From the IMG/VR virus record IMGVR_UViG_3300033141_006329, positions 62,001 through 126,000 of that record: a DNA stretch of 64,000 nt; one strand, written 5' to 3'. The translations under genes and the position numbers were made by a program. Under the pieces are notes generated by a model. That model saw only the letters and a program-made list of their open reading frames with translations, was not told the DNA's origin and ran no database searches. Every line of letters begins with the position of its first letter. Position 1 is the stretch's first letter. Below, piece after piece: positions 38,883-48,804 of this stretch.

Positions 38883-39278
38883 TTATATTTCTTTTTGCAA
38901 GTCCTCAGAACCTTCCATTGGGACCTTACATTTAGAACACTTAGTTTCCATGCAGGGTTTTCCTTTTTCATGAGGGATTGTATTCCCACACTTAGGGCAA
39001 ACGCAAGAAACTATTTTCCCCTCACCTTTGGCAGGAAATCCTTGACCTTTCCCACCAGCTTCAACTAATGAACCTTCACTAATCCCTTTTAATTTTTTCA
39101 AAGTTTTTTTTGCAATATCTATTTTTCCTTGCCATCTTTGTCTACATCTCTCATGTCTACATTTAGATTTTTTCATAGTATACGTTGCTATCAGATTATT
39201 GACAGTTCTTATCTGGCTTTTAGTATAAATATCCTTAATACCTTCCTGTAAATTATCCAACCAATCTTTTGAAATCAT
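38883..39278 (-). CDS. Hypothetical protein with C-terminal double Zn-ribbon
   Basis: G.G.G.P....CVCPKCG..IPH.KG.PC....C.KC..PM. Confidence 0.65.
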   Translation of the reverse strand: MISKDWLDNLQEGIKDIYTKSQIRTVNNLIATYTMKKSKCRHERCRQRWQGKIDIAKKTLKKLKGISEGSLVEAGGKGQGFPAKGEGKIVSCVCPKCGNTIPHEKGKPCMETKCSKCKVPMEGSEDLQKEI

Positions 39279-39315
39279 TTTATCTCCTTATGTTATTCGA
39301 TTATATACTCTTTTA

Positions 39316-39325
39316 TAATTTGTCC
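39316..39325 (-). promoter_or_regulatory. Class 2 element upstream of 131-aa gene
   Basis: taagaGGACAAATTATAAAAG. Confidence 0.55.
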
Positions 39326-39327
39326 TC

Positions 39328-39591
39328 TTACTTATCTCCTACTTCTTTTTGTTTCCTCAATATTTCCCACTGCTTTAATGCGACTGGTTTCTTTGTCCAT
39401 TCATTAGGATTTCCTTCACTAGATGCTGCAAAAGTTATTTCCAATGTATGTTCCTCAATATTAACATTTGGTACACCAAATGCAGTATTATCATCAGTCT
39501 TGATATAGTTATCATCTAACCAATCCCATAAATCCTGTAGGGGAACTATTACCTTTCCTTCGTAGATTCTAGCCATTAAATTGTTACCCAA
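39328..39591 (-). CDS. Hypothetical protein
   Basis: 87-aa ORF; probable start at MARIYEG. Confidence 0.55.
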   Translation of the reverse strand: MGNNLMARIYEGKVIVPLQDLWDWLDDNYIKTDDNTAFGVPNVNIEEHTLEITFAASSEGNPNEWTKKPVALKQWEILRKQKEVGDK

Positions 39592-40652
39592 CCTCCCTTA
39601 ACTTTTCGTGTCTTCTTTAACTTTTTCTGTAGCCTTTGAAACTTCAAAGTATCATTGTTCCTAAGAGAATTACCTGGCTCTGTTGTTGCTATCTTTATAA
39701 TATCTTCAGAGGTATTAGTCCAGGTTCTATATTTTTTAACAAATTCTAAACCACTCCTTGCTATTGCTTCTCGTTCATCATCATGCTTCAAATAATATTC
39801 CACTGCATTATTTAGTGCTATTATATTCTTAAATTCTACAATGTCTCTTTTATCTTTCATGTCCATTAATTCTTCCATTTTTGGAATACGTTTGGTTAGA
39901 ACCATTGATCCACACGCCATGCAATTCCATAATCTCAAAGATGTATAACCAGGATAATTTCCTCTACTGATGTTTAATACCAATTTACTTTGTGAACATA
40001 TTTTTCTGAATTCATCGGGTTCGACAAAACTAGTATAGTGGGGTCCAAAGAATTTTACATTGTAGTTTTTCTTCCTTAAAAAATCATAAATAGTGGTCCT
40101 CTCAGGATCAGCTGCACCTATAAAAATTACATCATATTTCTTTTTAGTTAGTTCTGGATAATATTTATCAGGATCTGTTCCATCGAATACATGATAAACT
40201 GGCATTTGTGCACTATTGCTCCAGAGCAAAGCAGTTCCATACCCAGTAGCACTTCTATATGCACAAAATCTTGAAGACTCAAATAATGATTTATTTTTAA
40301 AATGGGAATATACATCAGGCATCCAAAAATATAATCTGCAATTCATTTTGGACATTTGAAAAGTATGTAAAGGTATACCATTACCCTTCATTATTATAAT
40401 TAGATCACAAGTTCTAGATAGTTCCATAACATTATTTATAACAGCACTAATATTCCTTTTAAGAGCAGTTCTATAATCTAATCTTATAACTTCACTTACT
40501 GAATCCAATCTTTCCATATGATTTGCAAATGGTATGGATGATGATGCTGGATTATTAAATACCCCTGCGAATCCTACTTTTAAGGGTAATTGTAAGGGAT
40601 TTTCTACCTCTATATCTCTACCTAAAATACTTGGAGTTACTTTCCTGATCAT
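39576..40652 (-). CDS. CgeB-like GT-B glycosyltransferase (Glyco_trans_1_2)
   Basis: YDVIFIG...ER, SK.VLNISR, SLRLWNCMACGS.VLT, YYL.HD.ERE.IA..G. Confidence 0.8.
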   Translation of the reverse strand: MIRKVTPSILGRDIEVENPLQLPLKVGFAGVFNNPASSSIPFANHMERLDSVSEVIRLDYRTALKRNISAVINNVMELSRTCDLIIIMKGNGIPLHTFQMSKMNCRLYFWMPDVYSHFKNKSLFESSRFCAYRSATGYGTALLWSNSAQMPVYHVFDGTDPDKYYPELTKKKYDVIFIGAADPERTTIYDFLRKKNYNVKFFGPHYTSFVEPDEFRKICSQSKLVLNISRGNYPGYTSLRLWNCMACGSMVLTKRIPKMEELMDMKDKRDIVEFKNIIALNNAVEYYLKHDDEREAIARSGLEFVKKYRTWTNTSEDIIKIATTEPGNSLRNNDTLKFQRLQKKLKKTRKVKGGWVTI

Positions 40653-41578
40653 ATTTCTAACTCCACAGTTGCACAGAGAGGAGCATCTTTTGAACCTGCT
40701 TTATCTTTATGTTTCCTTAAAAATCTAATCATCTTGTCAGGATCTTTTTTGGTAGCATAATATATTCTCCTGTTCTCTAATCTATATTGACCGTTTATCC
40801 ATTTGTCCTTTTTAACGTGGCTGACGGGATGATATAAGTGGTTAATAGTCCAGGGGAACATATCATAAGATTTAAACATATGAGATGCTCTAAGGGCCAT
40901 CTCGTTGTCTATACCTCCGAGTTCTTGGAACCCCTCATTGGCACCTCCCATCTCCCAATAAGCAGTTTTATTATAATACAAAATTCCCCCCTCAGCCATA
41001 CCCCGGGTAGGTTTAGATACTCGTATCTTCTTGCTGAATGTTTCATCCCAGTATACTATTTCAGACCAAGCAAAGAACCATCGTTTCACCTTATTCTTTG
41101 GTCGTTTTTTAGCAAATTTATATAGCTCAGTAAAGTAGTTTAAATCCACACAAATATCTCCTTCTCCCATCAACAAATGCCCAGTCTTAGCATTTCTTAC
41201 TCCTACATTGAAAAGCCACCCCTTATTAAAAATGGGATATCTGACTAATATTTTTGTTATGTTTTTATTTGCAGGAATTCTTATATTATTAGAATATAGA
41301 GGAAGTGTAGGATCTAGCATTTGTTCTACGATTATAAGATGTATATTTTGGGGTATTACTCGTACTATAGATTCTAAGTTCCTAAGTCGATATTCGAATC
41401 CGTCATTATTCATATTGCATACGGGTATAATGAAATCCATATTGAGATTAATTTTCCCCCCATATATTCTATTATATTCATCCACTGAGGGATGGTCGGT
41501 TTTCACGTTTATATGTTTTAGAAGCCCAAGTTCTGATACACAGACTTTTCCGCATACTTTACATTCTATTTTAGCCAT
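40649..41578 (-). CDS. GT-A glycosyltransferase (GT2/GT7C-like) with N-terminal C2H2-type Zn finger
   Basis: CKVCGK..S..GL..HI....H; FIIPV, FNKGWLFNVG, EGD, GG.NE.F...GG.D.E. Confidence 0.75.
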   Translation of the reverse strand: MAKIECKVCGKVCVSELGLLKHINVKTDHPSVDEYNRIYGGKINLNMDFIIPVCNMNNDGFEYRLRNLESIVRVIPQNIHLIIVEQMLDPTLPLYSNNIRIPANKNITKILVRYPIFNKGWLFNVGVRNAKTGHLLMGEGDICVDLNYFTELYKFAKKRPKNKVKRWFFAWSEIVYWDETFSKKIRVSKPTRGMAEGGILYYNKTAYWEMGGANEGFQELGGIDNEMALRASHMFKSYDMFPWTINHLYHPVSHVKKDKWINGQYRLENRRIYYATKKDPDKMIRFLRKHKDKAGSKDAPLCATVELEI

Positions 41579-42483
41579 TTTTTCTCCTCCAATATTTCAA
41601 ATACCTTTTTAGGTGTTGTTGTTTTATAATCCAGATCATCAAGAAATGTACACTTGGTCTTAAAAGGATTTTCTTTTACACGGTGTCTTATATTCTCATG
41701 TCCCCACAGAATTGTTGGAGTTCCCAGTAAATTTGATAAGATAGGTAATGAAGATTGACTCCCTATAGTAACCTTAGTCCGTCTCATAATTTCAATTGTT
41801 AAACCTATATCAGACAGATCATTTAGAGTTTCAACATATTTTTCTAATACTATAAAATTAGGATTTCTTGGAGGATGAACTATAGTCGGAGAAATGCCAG
41901 CTATAAATACTATATATTTTTCACTCTTACTAAACAAGTTGAATAAATCATACCAATATTCATCAGGCCAATTCCTATCAATATCTACACTCCTTAAATC
42001 CATTCTTTTTCTTGGGCATAATACTACAGGAATTTTATCCTTGTTTTTCTCTATAAATATATCTGCGAGTTTTTTATTAGCTGAGTGAGGTGTAAAATTG
42101 AAGTCCATTTTATCAAATGGAAAAATATTCCTTTTATTTCCTTTAGGTGGCTCGATTAATTTATGATGAGGAAATTCTTTTCTGATCTTGTCTATAATCA
42201 TCTGATACTTTTCATCAGGGAAAAAATCTAGACGATACATATTTGGTCTGTATATGTTATAGTCACCATTAATTGTAATAGTCATAATTCCATCTACAGC
42301 ACCATAATACAAATCACTACGTTCTTTCCTAGTAACAACAATAACATTTTTTTCAGGGTAGGTCTTTTTGAACCATCTCACATACCCACAAAATCGAATT
42401 AGTTCCCATCCCAATTCTCCAAAAAATGCGAATACTACTTTTTCTTGTTTTAATAACAATCTTAAATATTCTGATCTGATCAT
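41566..42483 (-). CDS. GT-B glycosyltransferase, GT9-like
   Basis: FFGELGWEL N-motif; TIGSQSSLPILSNLLGTPTILWG C-motif. Confidence 0.6.
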   Translation of the reverse strand: MIRSEYLRLLLKQEKVVFAFFGELGWELIRFCGYVRWFKKTYPEKNVIVVTRKERSDLYYGAVDGIMTITINGDYNIYRPNMYRLDFFPDEKYQMIIDKIRKEFPHHKLIEPPKGNKRNIFPFDKMDFNFTPHSANKKLADIFIEKNKDKIPVVLCPRKRMDLRSVDIDRNWPDEYWYDLFNLFSKSEKYIVFIAGISPTIVHPPRNPNFIVLEKYVETLNDLSDIGLTIEIMRRTKVTIGSQSSLPILSNLLGTPTILWGHENIRHRVKENPFKTKCTFLDDLDYKTTTPKKVFEILEEKKWLK

Positions 42484-44258
42484 AATCGATTTATTAACTC
42501 CTCAAATATTTCCGGTATTGGTAGTTTGGGTTTTGTAGAATGCACAGCTACTCTAGCCATTGAATCCGACCGATTTATATCCAGAGAATTTGAACTATGA
42601 TCAATCACAATAGAATTCTTTTTCAAAGCCCAGCAGATATGAACAGCATCAGAATCAGATGGCACAATAACTAAACTACAAGTATTTAAAATACCAGCAG
42701 CTACAGGATCAGATACATTATTTATTATCTTAATATTTTTCCTAATTTTAAATCTCTCAATCTGGGCAGGGTCTAACCTAGTTGTCTCTCCACCCATAGA
42801 TAATAATAAAATAGTATTAGCTCGATCATTAGCTAATCTGGAACATACAATACTCAAATCTTTCCATATAGTATGTTTATCATTTTTACAAGTAGATATA
42901 ATTATGGCTGTAGTTTGAGGATGTATATATCCCTTATAAGGAGTAAAATTACAGTAGGGTTCAGGTACATGTTCAATACACGGATCTACAACTGAATAAT
43001 TTTTCTCTGCTGTGTATTTACTTAAGTTGAGAGGTTCTATAATATCTAAATCCTTAGGTAATTTTATATTATAACTACTGGTAGTTTTTATTATATTAGG
43101 ACCATACTTACAAAAATTTGTCATTCCGTTGTGAAAATCATCTATCTTATATACCTTATCCACCATAGAATTTCGTATCAAAGAAACCGCAGGATTTAAT
43201 ACATCATTTGTTACTATATCTACAGAACCATATTTTTTATATATCCCTTTTATAAGAGGAGTTATATTCAGTAATGCCTTTGTATCAGAATTAACAACCA
43301 ATAATATCCTAAAATTTTTATCGAATTCCAATTCTCCATTTTTAAATGTTATTTCAGTTATATCACCCATGTCTTCTTCTTCGGTTTCTATACTATCGAT
43401 ATCATCATCCATAGAATATAAATTTATCTTTGCCCGTCTTTTAAGTTTCCAATAAGGCAGTAAATCTTTACCTCTTCTCATACATCCTATTTTCGAAGCA
43501 TCACCCCACTCAACACTATAATTACTAGGTATGAATATGGAATGTTCTGTTTTCTTTTTAAACTGAGCAACATTTTTAAGATCTCTATCTTCTAGATTAT
43601 TTGTATCTCGCCTTTTTCTTAAACATAGACCTTTATTTTTTACTGAAATTCGTTCCTCAAGACCGGTGGCTTTTAATTGATTTATGAGATGTAGTCGTGA
43701 ATATTCTGAAAATAATTCCTCTTCCAACCCACATTCTAATTCCACTATATGTTTAACTTTTGCTATAACTATAGGACTGTATATGTTTTTCTTTTTTTGC
43801 CATTCTATTCTTTTAATCCTGGAAAAATAAGCACTATGAAATTTACTATCATTTTTTAAAATTTTAAGAGGATTACTTGAATCATCAAACATGGTGGGAA
43901 CAGTTATGAATTCCTTCTCCCAATCTATGCCTAAGAATTCCTTTGCTATAATTTGATGAGGGCTCATGATAGTCCAACCATCTGTTATGACGACTGTTGC
44001 AAAAGGATAATCTGTAGCTATTTGTTTAAGAAGTGTATTGATAGTTAAAGAATAATTATAGGCGGTGGATTGTATAGACATAATATTTTCAGATTCTTCA
44101 GGTATACAATGTTTTATTTTATTTGTGGATCTTCCCATCATACATACATGCATATCACATTCAATTAGTTTATGAGCAAAAACCGTAGGTAACATAGATA
44201 TAAAATCTGGCCTACATTCATCGCTATTAATACCTACGACGGCGTGGATAACTTCCAT
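42480..44258 (-). CDS. Two-domain glycosyltransferase (GT-A-like N half plus GT9-like C half)
   Basis: N: VVITDG, GLEEEL; C: NITPLIKGI.KKY..VDIV, GIL..CSLVIVPSDS..VHI..AL.K. Confidence 0.6.
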   Translation of the reverse strand: MEVIHAVVGINSDECRPDFISMLPTVFAHKLIECDMHVCMMGRSTNKIKHCIPEESENIMSIQSTAYNYSLTINTLLKQIATDYPFATVVITDGWTIMSPHQIIAKEFLGIDWEKEFITVPTMFDDSSNPLKILKNDSKFHSAYFSRIKRIEWQKKKNIYSPIVIAKVKHIVELECGLEEELFSEYSRLHLINQLKATGLEERISVKNKGLCLRKRRDTNNLEDRDLKNVAQFKKKTEHSIFIPSNYSVEWGDASKIGCMRRGKDLLPYWKLKRRAKINLYSMDDDIDSIETEEEDMGDITEITFKNGELEFDKNFRILLVVNSDTKALLNITPLIKGIYKKYGSVDIVTNDVLNPAVSLIRNSMVDKVYKIDDFHNGMTNFCKYGPNIIKTTSSYNIKLPKDLDIIEPLNLSKYTAEKNYSVVDPCIEHVPEPYCNFTPYKGYIHPQTTAIIISTCKNDKHTIWKDLSIVCSRLANDRANTILLLSMGGETTRLDPAQIERFKIRKNIKIINNVSDPVAAGILNTCSLVIVPSDSDAVHICWALKKNSIVIDHSSNSLDINRSDSMARVAVHSTKPKLPIPEIFEELINRL

Positions 44259-44267
44259 AATTTCTCC

Positions 44268-45182
44268 TTACCAAACTGTGGCGGCGGTTAAATGTTTATA
44301 TTTGTCATATATTTGCTTTGCGGATAAATTCCTAAGAGATAGTTCTTTATCTTCTAGGGTATGTTTTGTTCTTCTATATACGTCAGGACCTTGTCTTGTA
44401 AGAACATTACACATAGACGATTGTAGGACTTCCCCAACATGAAGGACGAGAGGATCATCATCTTTTGGGGGTTTGACCCCAGCTACGAAATTAATAATTC
44501 CCTTACGTCTTTTTATCATGAACCAGCTGGTTGAATCTTGTTTTTTGTAACAATTATAAGTTTTTACAAGCTCTTCAGATTCCCATTCTAACATCAGTAA
44601 CTGATTGTAATCAAAGAACCAAAAACAACTGCCCCCTCCCCAGGAACTGGAAATACAACCGAACTCTTCACCATCTACATTAAAGGTATAATTGTTGGTC
44701 ATTGGATTATCACGAGCTATTTTTGGTATACCCCCTGGTGCTTTTACAATATAATGGGTGTTAGGTTCTAAGGTTTTTAATTCTTGATGTGCATTCAGGA
44801 AATATTTATCCCAGCCCCTTCCAAGAATAACATCGTTATCTATAAGAACATAATAATCATTCATTGTTTCTGTCTTTGTGAGATGACGGACGTCGTGGGC
44901 GGTTTTCATCATTTGTGTCCACCTATGAAATGATGATGCTTTGCCAAAACAATTATTGAGAGAAGTAGAGGTATCATAGGAATAATATTTAATTTTTCCA
45001 TCCTTTAATAATTTTGCGAATATAGCAAATCTTTCAGGGGATGGTAAGGATAAGTTATCAAAAACGTAAATATCTATATCGCGGAATAATGAGGTTGTTG
45101 TGAGGATAGATTCTATAGTTTTTTGTGTTAATACTGATCTGTCTCTTGCTGTCAACATCACTGATAATCTGTTATTAATCAT
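44268..45182 (-). CDS. GT2-like glycosyltransferase
   Basis: LSVMLTARDR..LT.KTIESI, VFDN.S, YYVLIDNDVIL (DxD); start moved to MINNRL (GAGGGG RBS). Confidence 0.7.
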   Translation of the reverse strand: MINNRLSVMLTARDRSVLTQKTIESILTTTSLFRDIDIYVFDNLSLPSPERFAIFAKLLKDGKIKYYSYDTSTSLNNCFGKASSFHRWTQMMKTAHDVRHLTKTETMNDYYVLIDNDVILGRGWDKYFLNAHQELKTLEPNTHYIVKAPGGIPKIARDNPMTNNYTFNVDGEEFGCISSSWGGGSCFWFFDYNQLLMLEWESEELVKTYNCYKKQDSTSWFMIKRRKGIINFVAGVKPPKDDDPLVLHVGEVLQSSMCNVLTRQGPDVYRRTKHTLEDKELSLRNLSAKQIYDKYKHLTAATVW

Positions 45183-45212
45183 ATAGTCCCCCTCGTTCAT
45201 TTTTAATGTTTT

Positions 45213-45222
45213 TAGTTTGTCC
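45213..45222 (-). promoter_or_regulatory. Class 2 element upstream of the GT2 operon
   Basis: gaataaaGGACAAACTAAAAAC. Confidence 0.55.
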
Positions 45223-45251
45223 TTTATTCCATAAAAAGTTCCAGAGAAAAC

Positions 45252-45275
45252 CCACACCATCAAGCGGACAAATTA
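45252..45275 (+). promoter_or_regulatory. Class 1 element at the strand switch, upstream of the GT9-queC-hldE operon
   Basis: CCACACCATCAAGCGGACAAATTA. Confidence 0.7.
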
Positions 45276-45372
45276 AAAACGTGATAAATTAGAAATAATA
45301 TGTGGCATCTGGATTTTTTGATTACAAAGAGGACAAACATATAAAGAAACATTTTAAAGAAAGGGGCAAAAT

Positions 45373-46635
45373 GTGAGGAAACCAAATAAATCTAGTATAA
45401 AAAATAAAATGGGGATTAACCCCAACGAACTACGAAAGGTAAACACAGTAAAAGAATTAATATCAAAGCCACCATTTTTTATTCTTGCCAAAGTAGTGAC
45501 GGGCTGTTCAATAGGCGGAGGCCCAAATGGGCGGGCAGTTAAATTAGAAAAGGGAAGTGTCGTAACAATGGCATTAGGAGCATTCTTCACAGCTTCTAGA
45601 TCAAAAGACCGCAGGGTCCTCTTGAAGCCATATAAGAGGAAATTCGCAGATGTATTCAAAAGATATTATGGTCAAAATCTCGATGGTAAAAATATATTGT
45701 TCCTGAGGGGCGGCGGCTTTGGAGATTTGTTATTTCTTCAACCCATAATGAAAGAACTAAAAAGATTATATCCTACCTGCACAATTACGGTAGCATGTTT
45801 TACAAGATTTATCGATATATTATCAAGTTTCCCAGAAGGTCTTATAGATTACGTTACGCCCGTACCTGTCAATTTAGAAGTCTTAAAATTCAATGATTAT
45901 CACTTTATTGTAGAGGGCATCATAGAACGATGTACAGCCGCTGAAAAAGAAGTTTGTTATGACTTAATGGCGCAAGCTTCAGGTTTAGATATAGATTTCT
46001 CTTCTATGGATCAGATAATAGAATTAGTTCCTGACAAAAAACTCGTGAAAGAACTATCTCCAATTCTTCCAGGTAATTTTGTAGTAGTTCAAGCCAGAGC
46101 ATCTTCACCGATACGCATGATGCCAGATTCCGCGTGGGCCTCTATTATCAAGAAGATAGGTGCCCTTGGGAAGAAAGTTGTATTGTTAGATAGACCTGAA
46201 AATGAGAAATTATATACAGACTTTATAGAGCATAATGATCTTAAAGATATTGCAATAAATTTAGCAAGTAAGTGCCTGACAATTAATCATGCGATAGCTA
46301 TTGCGAGTATGTCGGATGGAGTTGTGTGTATAGACAGTGCCTTTTCGCACATAGGAGCAGCACTAGGAAAGCCAGTATTAGGTCTTTACGGTGCATTTAA
46401 AGGTGAACTGCGTATGAAGTATTATAAGAATGCTGATTGGGTTCAAGGCGAACCTACATGTAAAAAAGGTAAACCTTGTGCAGCACATCATGAAAGAAAG
46501 TTCAAATGCGAATCCTTCAAAGCAAAAGGATATCCAGATTGTATGGCAAATATAGATGAGGACGAAGTCATGGAAAAATTCAAAAAATTATTTATAAAAG
46601 AAGAGGAGACAACTGATGGAAGAGACGACGTATAG
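45373..46635 (+). CDS. GT9-family (ADP-heptose-type) glycosyltransferase, paralogue of 21845..23101
   Basis: GQNLDGKNILFLRGGGFGDLLF; VCIDSAFSHIGAALGKPVLGLYG; C-terminal C...PC..H...C...C. Confidence 0.8.
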   Translation: MRKPNKSSIKNKMGINPNELRKVNTVKELISKPPFFILAKVVTGCSIGGGPNGRAVKLEKGSVVTMALGAFFTASRSKDRRVLLKPYKRKFADVFKRYYGQNLDGKNILFLRGGGFGDLLFLQPIMKELKRLYPTCTITVACFTRFIDILSSFPEGLIDYVTPVPVNLEVLKFNDYHFIVEGIIERCTAAEKEVCYDLMAQASGLDIDFSSMDQIIELVPDKKLVKELSPILPGNFVVVQARASSPIRMMPDSAWASIIKKIGALGKKVVLLDRPENEKLYTDFIEHNDLKDIAINLASKCLTINHAIAIASMSDGVVCIDSAFSHIGAALGKPVLGLYGAFKGELRMKYYKNADWVQGEPTCKKGKPCAAHHERKFKCESFKAKGYPDCMANIDEDEVMEKFKKLFIKEEETTDGRDDV

Positions 46636-46855
46636 GGAATTTTTAGAAAGGTTTAAAATAGAGTTTGGGGATTTTATAAGACTCGCAGAGACAGGAAAAA
46701 CAGTTCGTTATTCTGCCCTGAAAGCTAGGAAAAAATCAATTCAACTAAGAAATATGTTAAAGGATTTTAGGGGCTATTCATTAACAAACGATAAGAGGAT
46801 ATCCGAAATATTATCCGAAGCCAAAATAAAGATTAGGTCGGAGGTAACAGGCTAA
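46616..46855 (+). CDS. Histone H1-like (Hc1-type) small basic protein
   Basis: A.KARK.S..L...LK.FR..SL motif. Confidence 0.55.
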   Translation: MEETTYREFLERFKIEFGDFIRLAETGKTVRYSALKARKKSIQLRNMLKDFRGYSLTNDKRISEILSEAKIKIRSEVTG

Positions 46856-47502
46856 TGAATAAATTAAATAACAACCTAGAATATTGGGAAGGCAGGCATC
46901 ACGATATGACTAATGAGCGTATAGTGGGCCGTATCGACTGGACCCGAGCAGAATATTATAAAGAGTTAGCTAGATGGTCATCCATAATAGAACCGCTCCT
47001 ATCACAAGTACAGCTCCCACGATCATCTAACAATAGTACCGTTCTCGACATTGGTTGTGGAGTAGGCAGATGGGTTCCGCTTCTATCAAAATATTTTACA
47101 GATTATTATGGGTGTGATATCACAGATAATGCTATAGAAAAAACACGAAAAGCCGTAGCTGATACAGGACTAAACTATGTAGTTGAGAAGATAGTAGATA
47201 ATGTGTTACCCTTTAAAAATATAAAATTCGATCTAGTATGGACATGTGTAGTCCTCCAGCACATTGTTGATAAAGAATTATTAGAATACTATGCACAACA
47301 GATATCCTATGCAGTAAAGCCAGAGGGTTATTTATTAATTACAGAAAATATAGCTGAATGTAAGGATAGTCATTATATGAATTTTCGATCAGAATCTTAT
47401 TACAAAGAATTATTTACAAGTGTAGGATTCAATATAATAGATACTAAATACATAGAAGAAAGAGAACAACATGCTTCGATGCTGTTCAGGAAGGAGGCAT
47501 AA
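46855..47502 (+). CDS. Class I SAM-dependent methyltransferase
   Basis: VLDIGCGVGR, GCDI, FDLVW...VLQHI, LKPxG-like VKPEG. Confidence 0.85.
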   Translation: MNKLNNNLEYWEGRHHDMTNERIVGRIDWTRAEYYKELARWSSIIEPLLSQVQLPRSSNNSTVLDIGCGVGRWVPLLSKYFTDYYGCDITDNAIEKTRKAVADTGLNYVVEKIVDNVLPFKNIKFDLVWTCVVLQHIVDKELLEYYAQQISYAVKPEGYLLITENIAECKDSHYMNFRSESYYKELFTSVGFNIIDTKYIEEREQHASMLFRKEA

Positions 47503-47504
47503 TT

Positions 47505-48290
47505 ATGTCAAATATAGTAATATTGTTCAGTGCAGGTATTGACTCGTTTCTCACAGATGATCATTTTAAACAACGTAGAATTCCTGTTAAGAAGCTTTAT
47601 TTTGATTTGAACTCTGTTTACACATCACCAGAAAAATCTCTATTACAAAGTATATATGATGATGTAGAATACCATTCATTATTAAATGTTGCTAGTATTG
47701 AAGAAGAGAATATGAATGTACCAAATAGAAATATAATGTTAGCAACAATGGCCAAGTCTCTTTATCCTCAAACAGATGAAATATATCTAAATGAAATGAG
47801 AGACGATAGAGGGCTAGATAGTAATAAAGATTTATTCTCAATGTACTCTCATGTTCTAAGTATGAGTTCGGGTTATAAAGTAGAAATAAAAAGTCTGTTC
47901 TGGGATATTGAGAAGAGTGAGGCTATAAAACAGTATATGGAATATGGTAGAAGTAAGATATCATTGATCACACATACCTTTTCTTGTTTTGGAGATAATC
48001 TAACCCGCAGAGTTCCTGAAGTTTCTGTCTATGAATCAAGAGCAGATGATTTTGCATATGTATCAACTATACCTTTACAAGTACCAGTTTGTATGAAGTG
48101 TAAAGCCTGTTTTCGAAAAGCTTGTGCTCTGACGATGGGTAATATTTATATACCGTTTAAGAATATGAACATGGTTGACGAATATGAAGAGAATATAGGT
48201 TCTCTGGATAATTATCCTAATCGAAAAAAATCAGTGAGAAATTATATAAAATTTATGAGGCAATATGGAAAAGAAAATTTCACCCTATAG
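47505..48290 (+). CDS. queC: 7-cyano-7-deazaguanine synthase QueC-like
   Basis: LFSAGIDS PP-loop, VPNRN, K.EAI, TFSC, CMKCKAC.RK. Confidence 0.7.
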   Translation: MSNIVILFSAGIDSFLTDDHFKQRRIPVKKLYFDLNSVYTSPEKSLLQSIYDDVEYHSLLNVASIEEENMNVPNRNIMLATMAKSLYPQTDEIYLNEMRDDRGLDSNKDLFSMYSHVLSMSSGYKVEIKSLFWDIEKSEAIKQYMEYGRSKISLITHTFSCFGDNLTRRVPEVSVYESRADDFAYVSTIPLQVPVCMKCKACFRKACALTMGNIYIPFKNMNMVDEYEENIGSLDNYPNRKKSVRNYIKFMRQYGKENFTL

Positions 48291-48804
48291 GATATTTACA
48301 GAATGGCTACTAAACCCTTGCCCAGATGCTGAATTATCTGGAGATGTGATTAAAGCTATTAATCCCAGGACAGTGATATGTATGTTTGGAAAAATTGGGG
48401 GCCTCACTATATTCTTGAATGATCACTTTAATAACTTTAGTGTTATGAACTTGGATCCTTTAGAGTTTTATCAATTCCTTAAGAGTCTCGTAAAAAAATA
48501 TAAAATTAAGAAATGGGACTTTTCATATTTTCCTACAATGAAGCGAGATAAAACCATATCAGAGATCCAAATGAAACTTCCTCATCTCAAGAAAAGTGAG
48601 ATCATCTATCTATTAGAACAATGTAAGAGTGATGAGGATTATGATTCCTTCTGTGAGAGTCTGGGAATTAGAAAGAACCCTAAAATAAAGAAAATTAAAA
48701 AGAAAGGTAAAAAAAATAAAAAGCTAATCGTGTCTACCTTCGGTGATAGTATGATAAAAAATATTAGAACTATGGATGATTGGATAGATTGCTTTGGTAT
48801 GTAA
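48265..48804 (+). CDS. Hypothetical protein (possibly small clamp-loader subunit, gp62-like)
   Basis: 179 aa helical, Lys-rich tail; family assignment weak. Confidence 0.45.
   Translation: MEKKISPYRIFTEWLLNPCPDAELSGDVIKAINPRTVICMFGKIGGLTIFLNDHFNNFSVMNLDPLEFYQFLKSLVKKYKIKKWDFSYFPTMKRDKTISEIQMKLPHLKKSEIIYLLEQCKSDEDYDSFCESLGIRKNPKIKKIKKKGKKNKKLIVSTFGDSMIKNIRTMDDWIDCFGM

Noticed and set aside
38729-38989. 86-aa minus-strand ORF
   Set aside because: Overlaps the 131-aa gene out of frame and runs through hairpins; no RBS
45354-45659. Opposite-strand ORFs over GT9, hldE, polB, portal and similar genes
   Set aside because: Antisense shadows of well-supported genes
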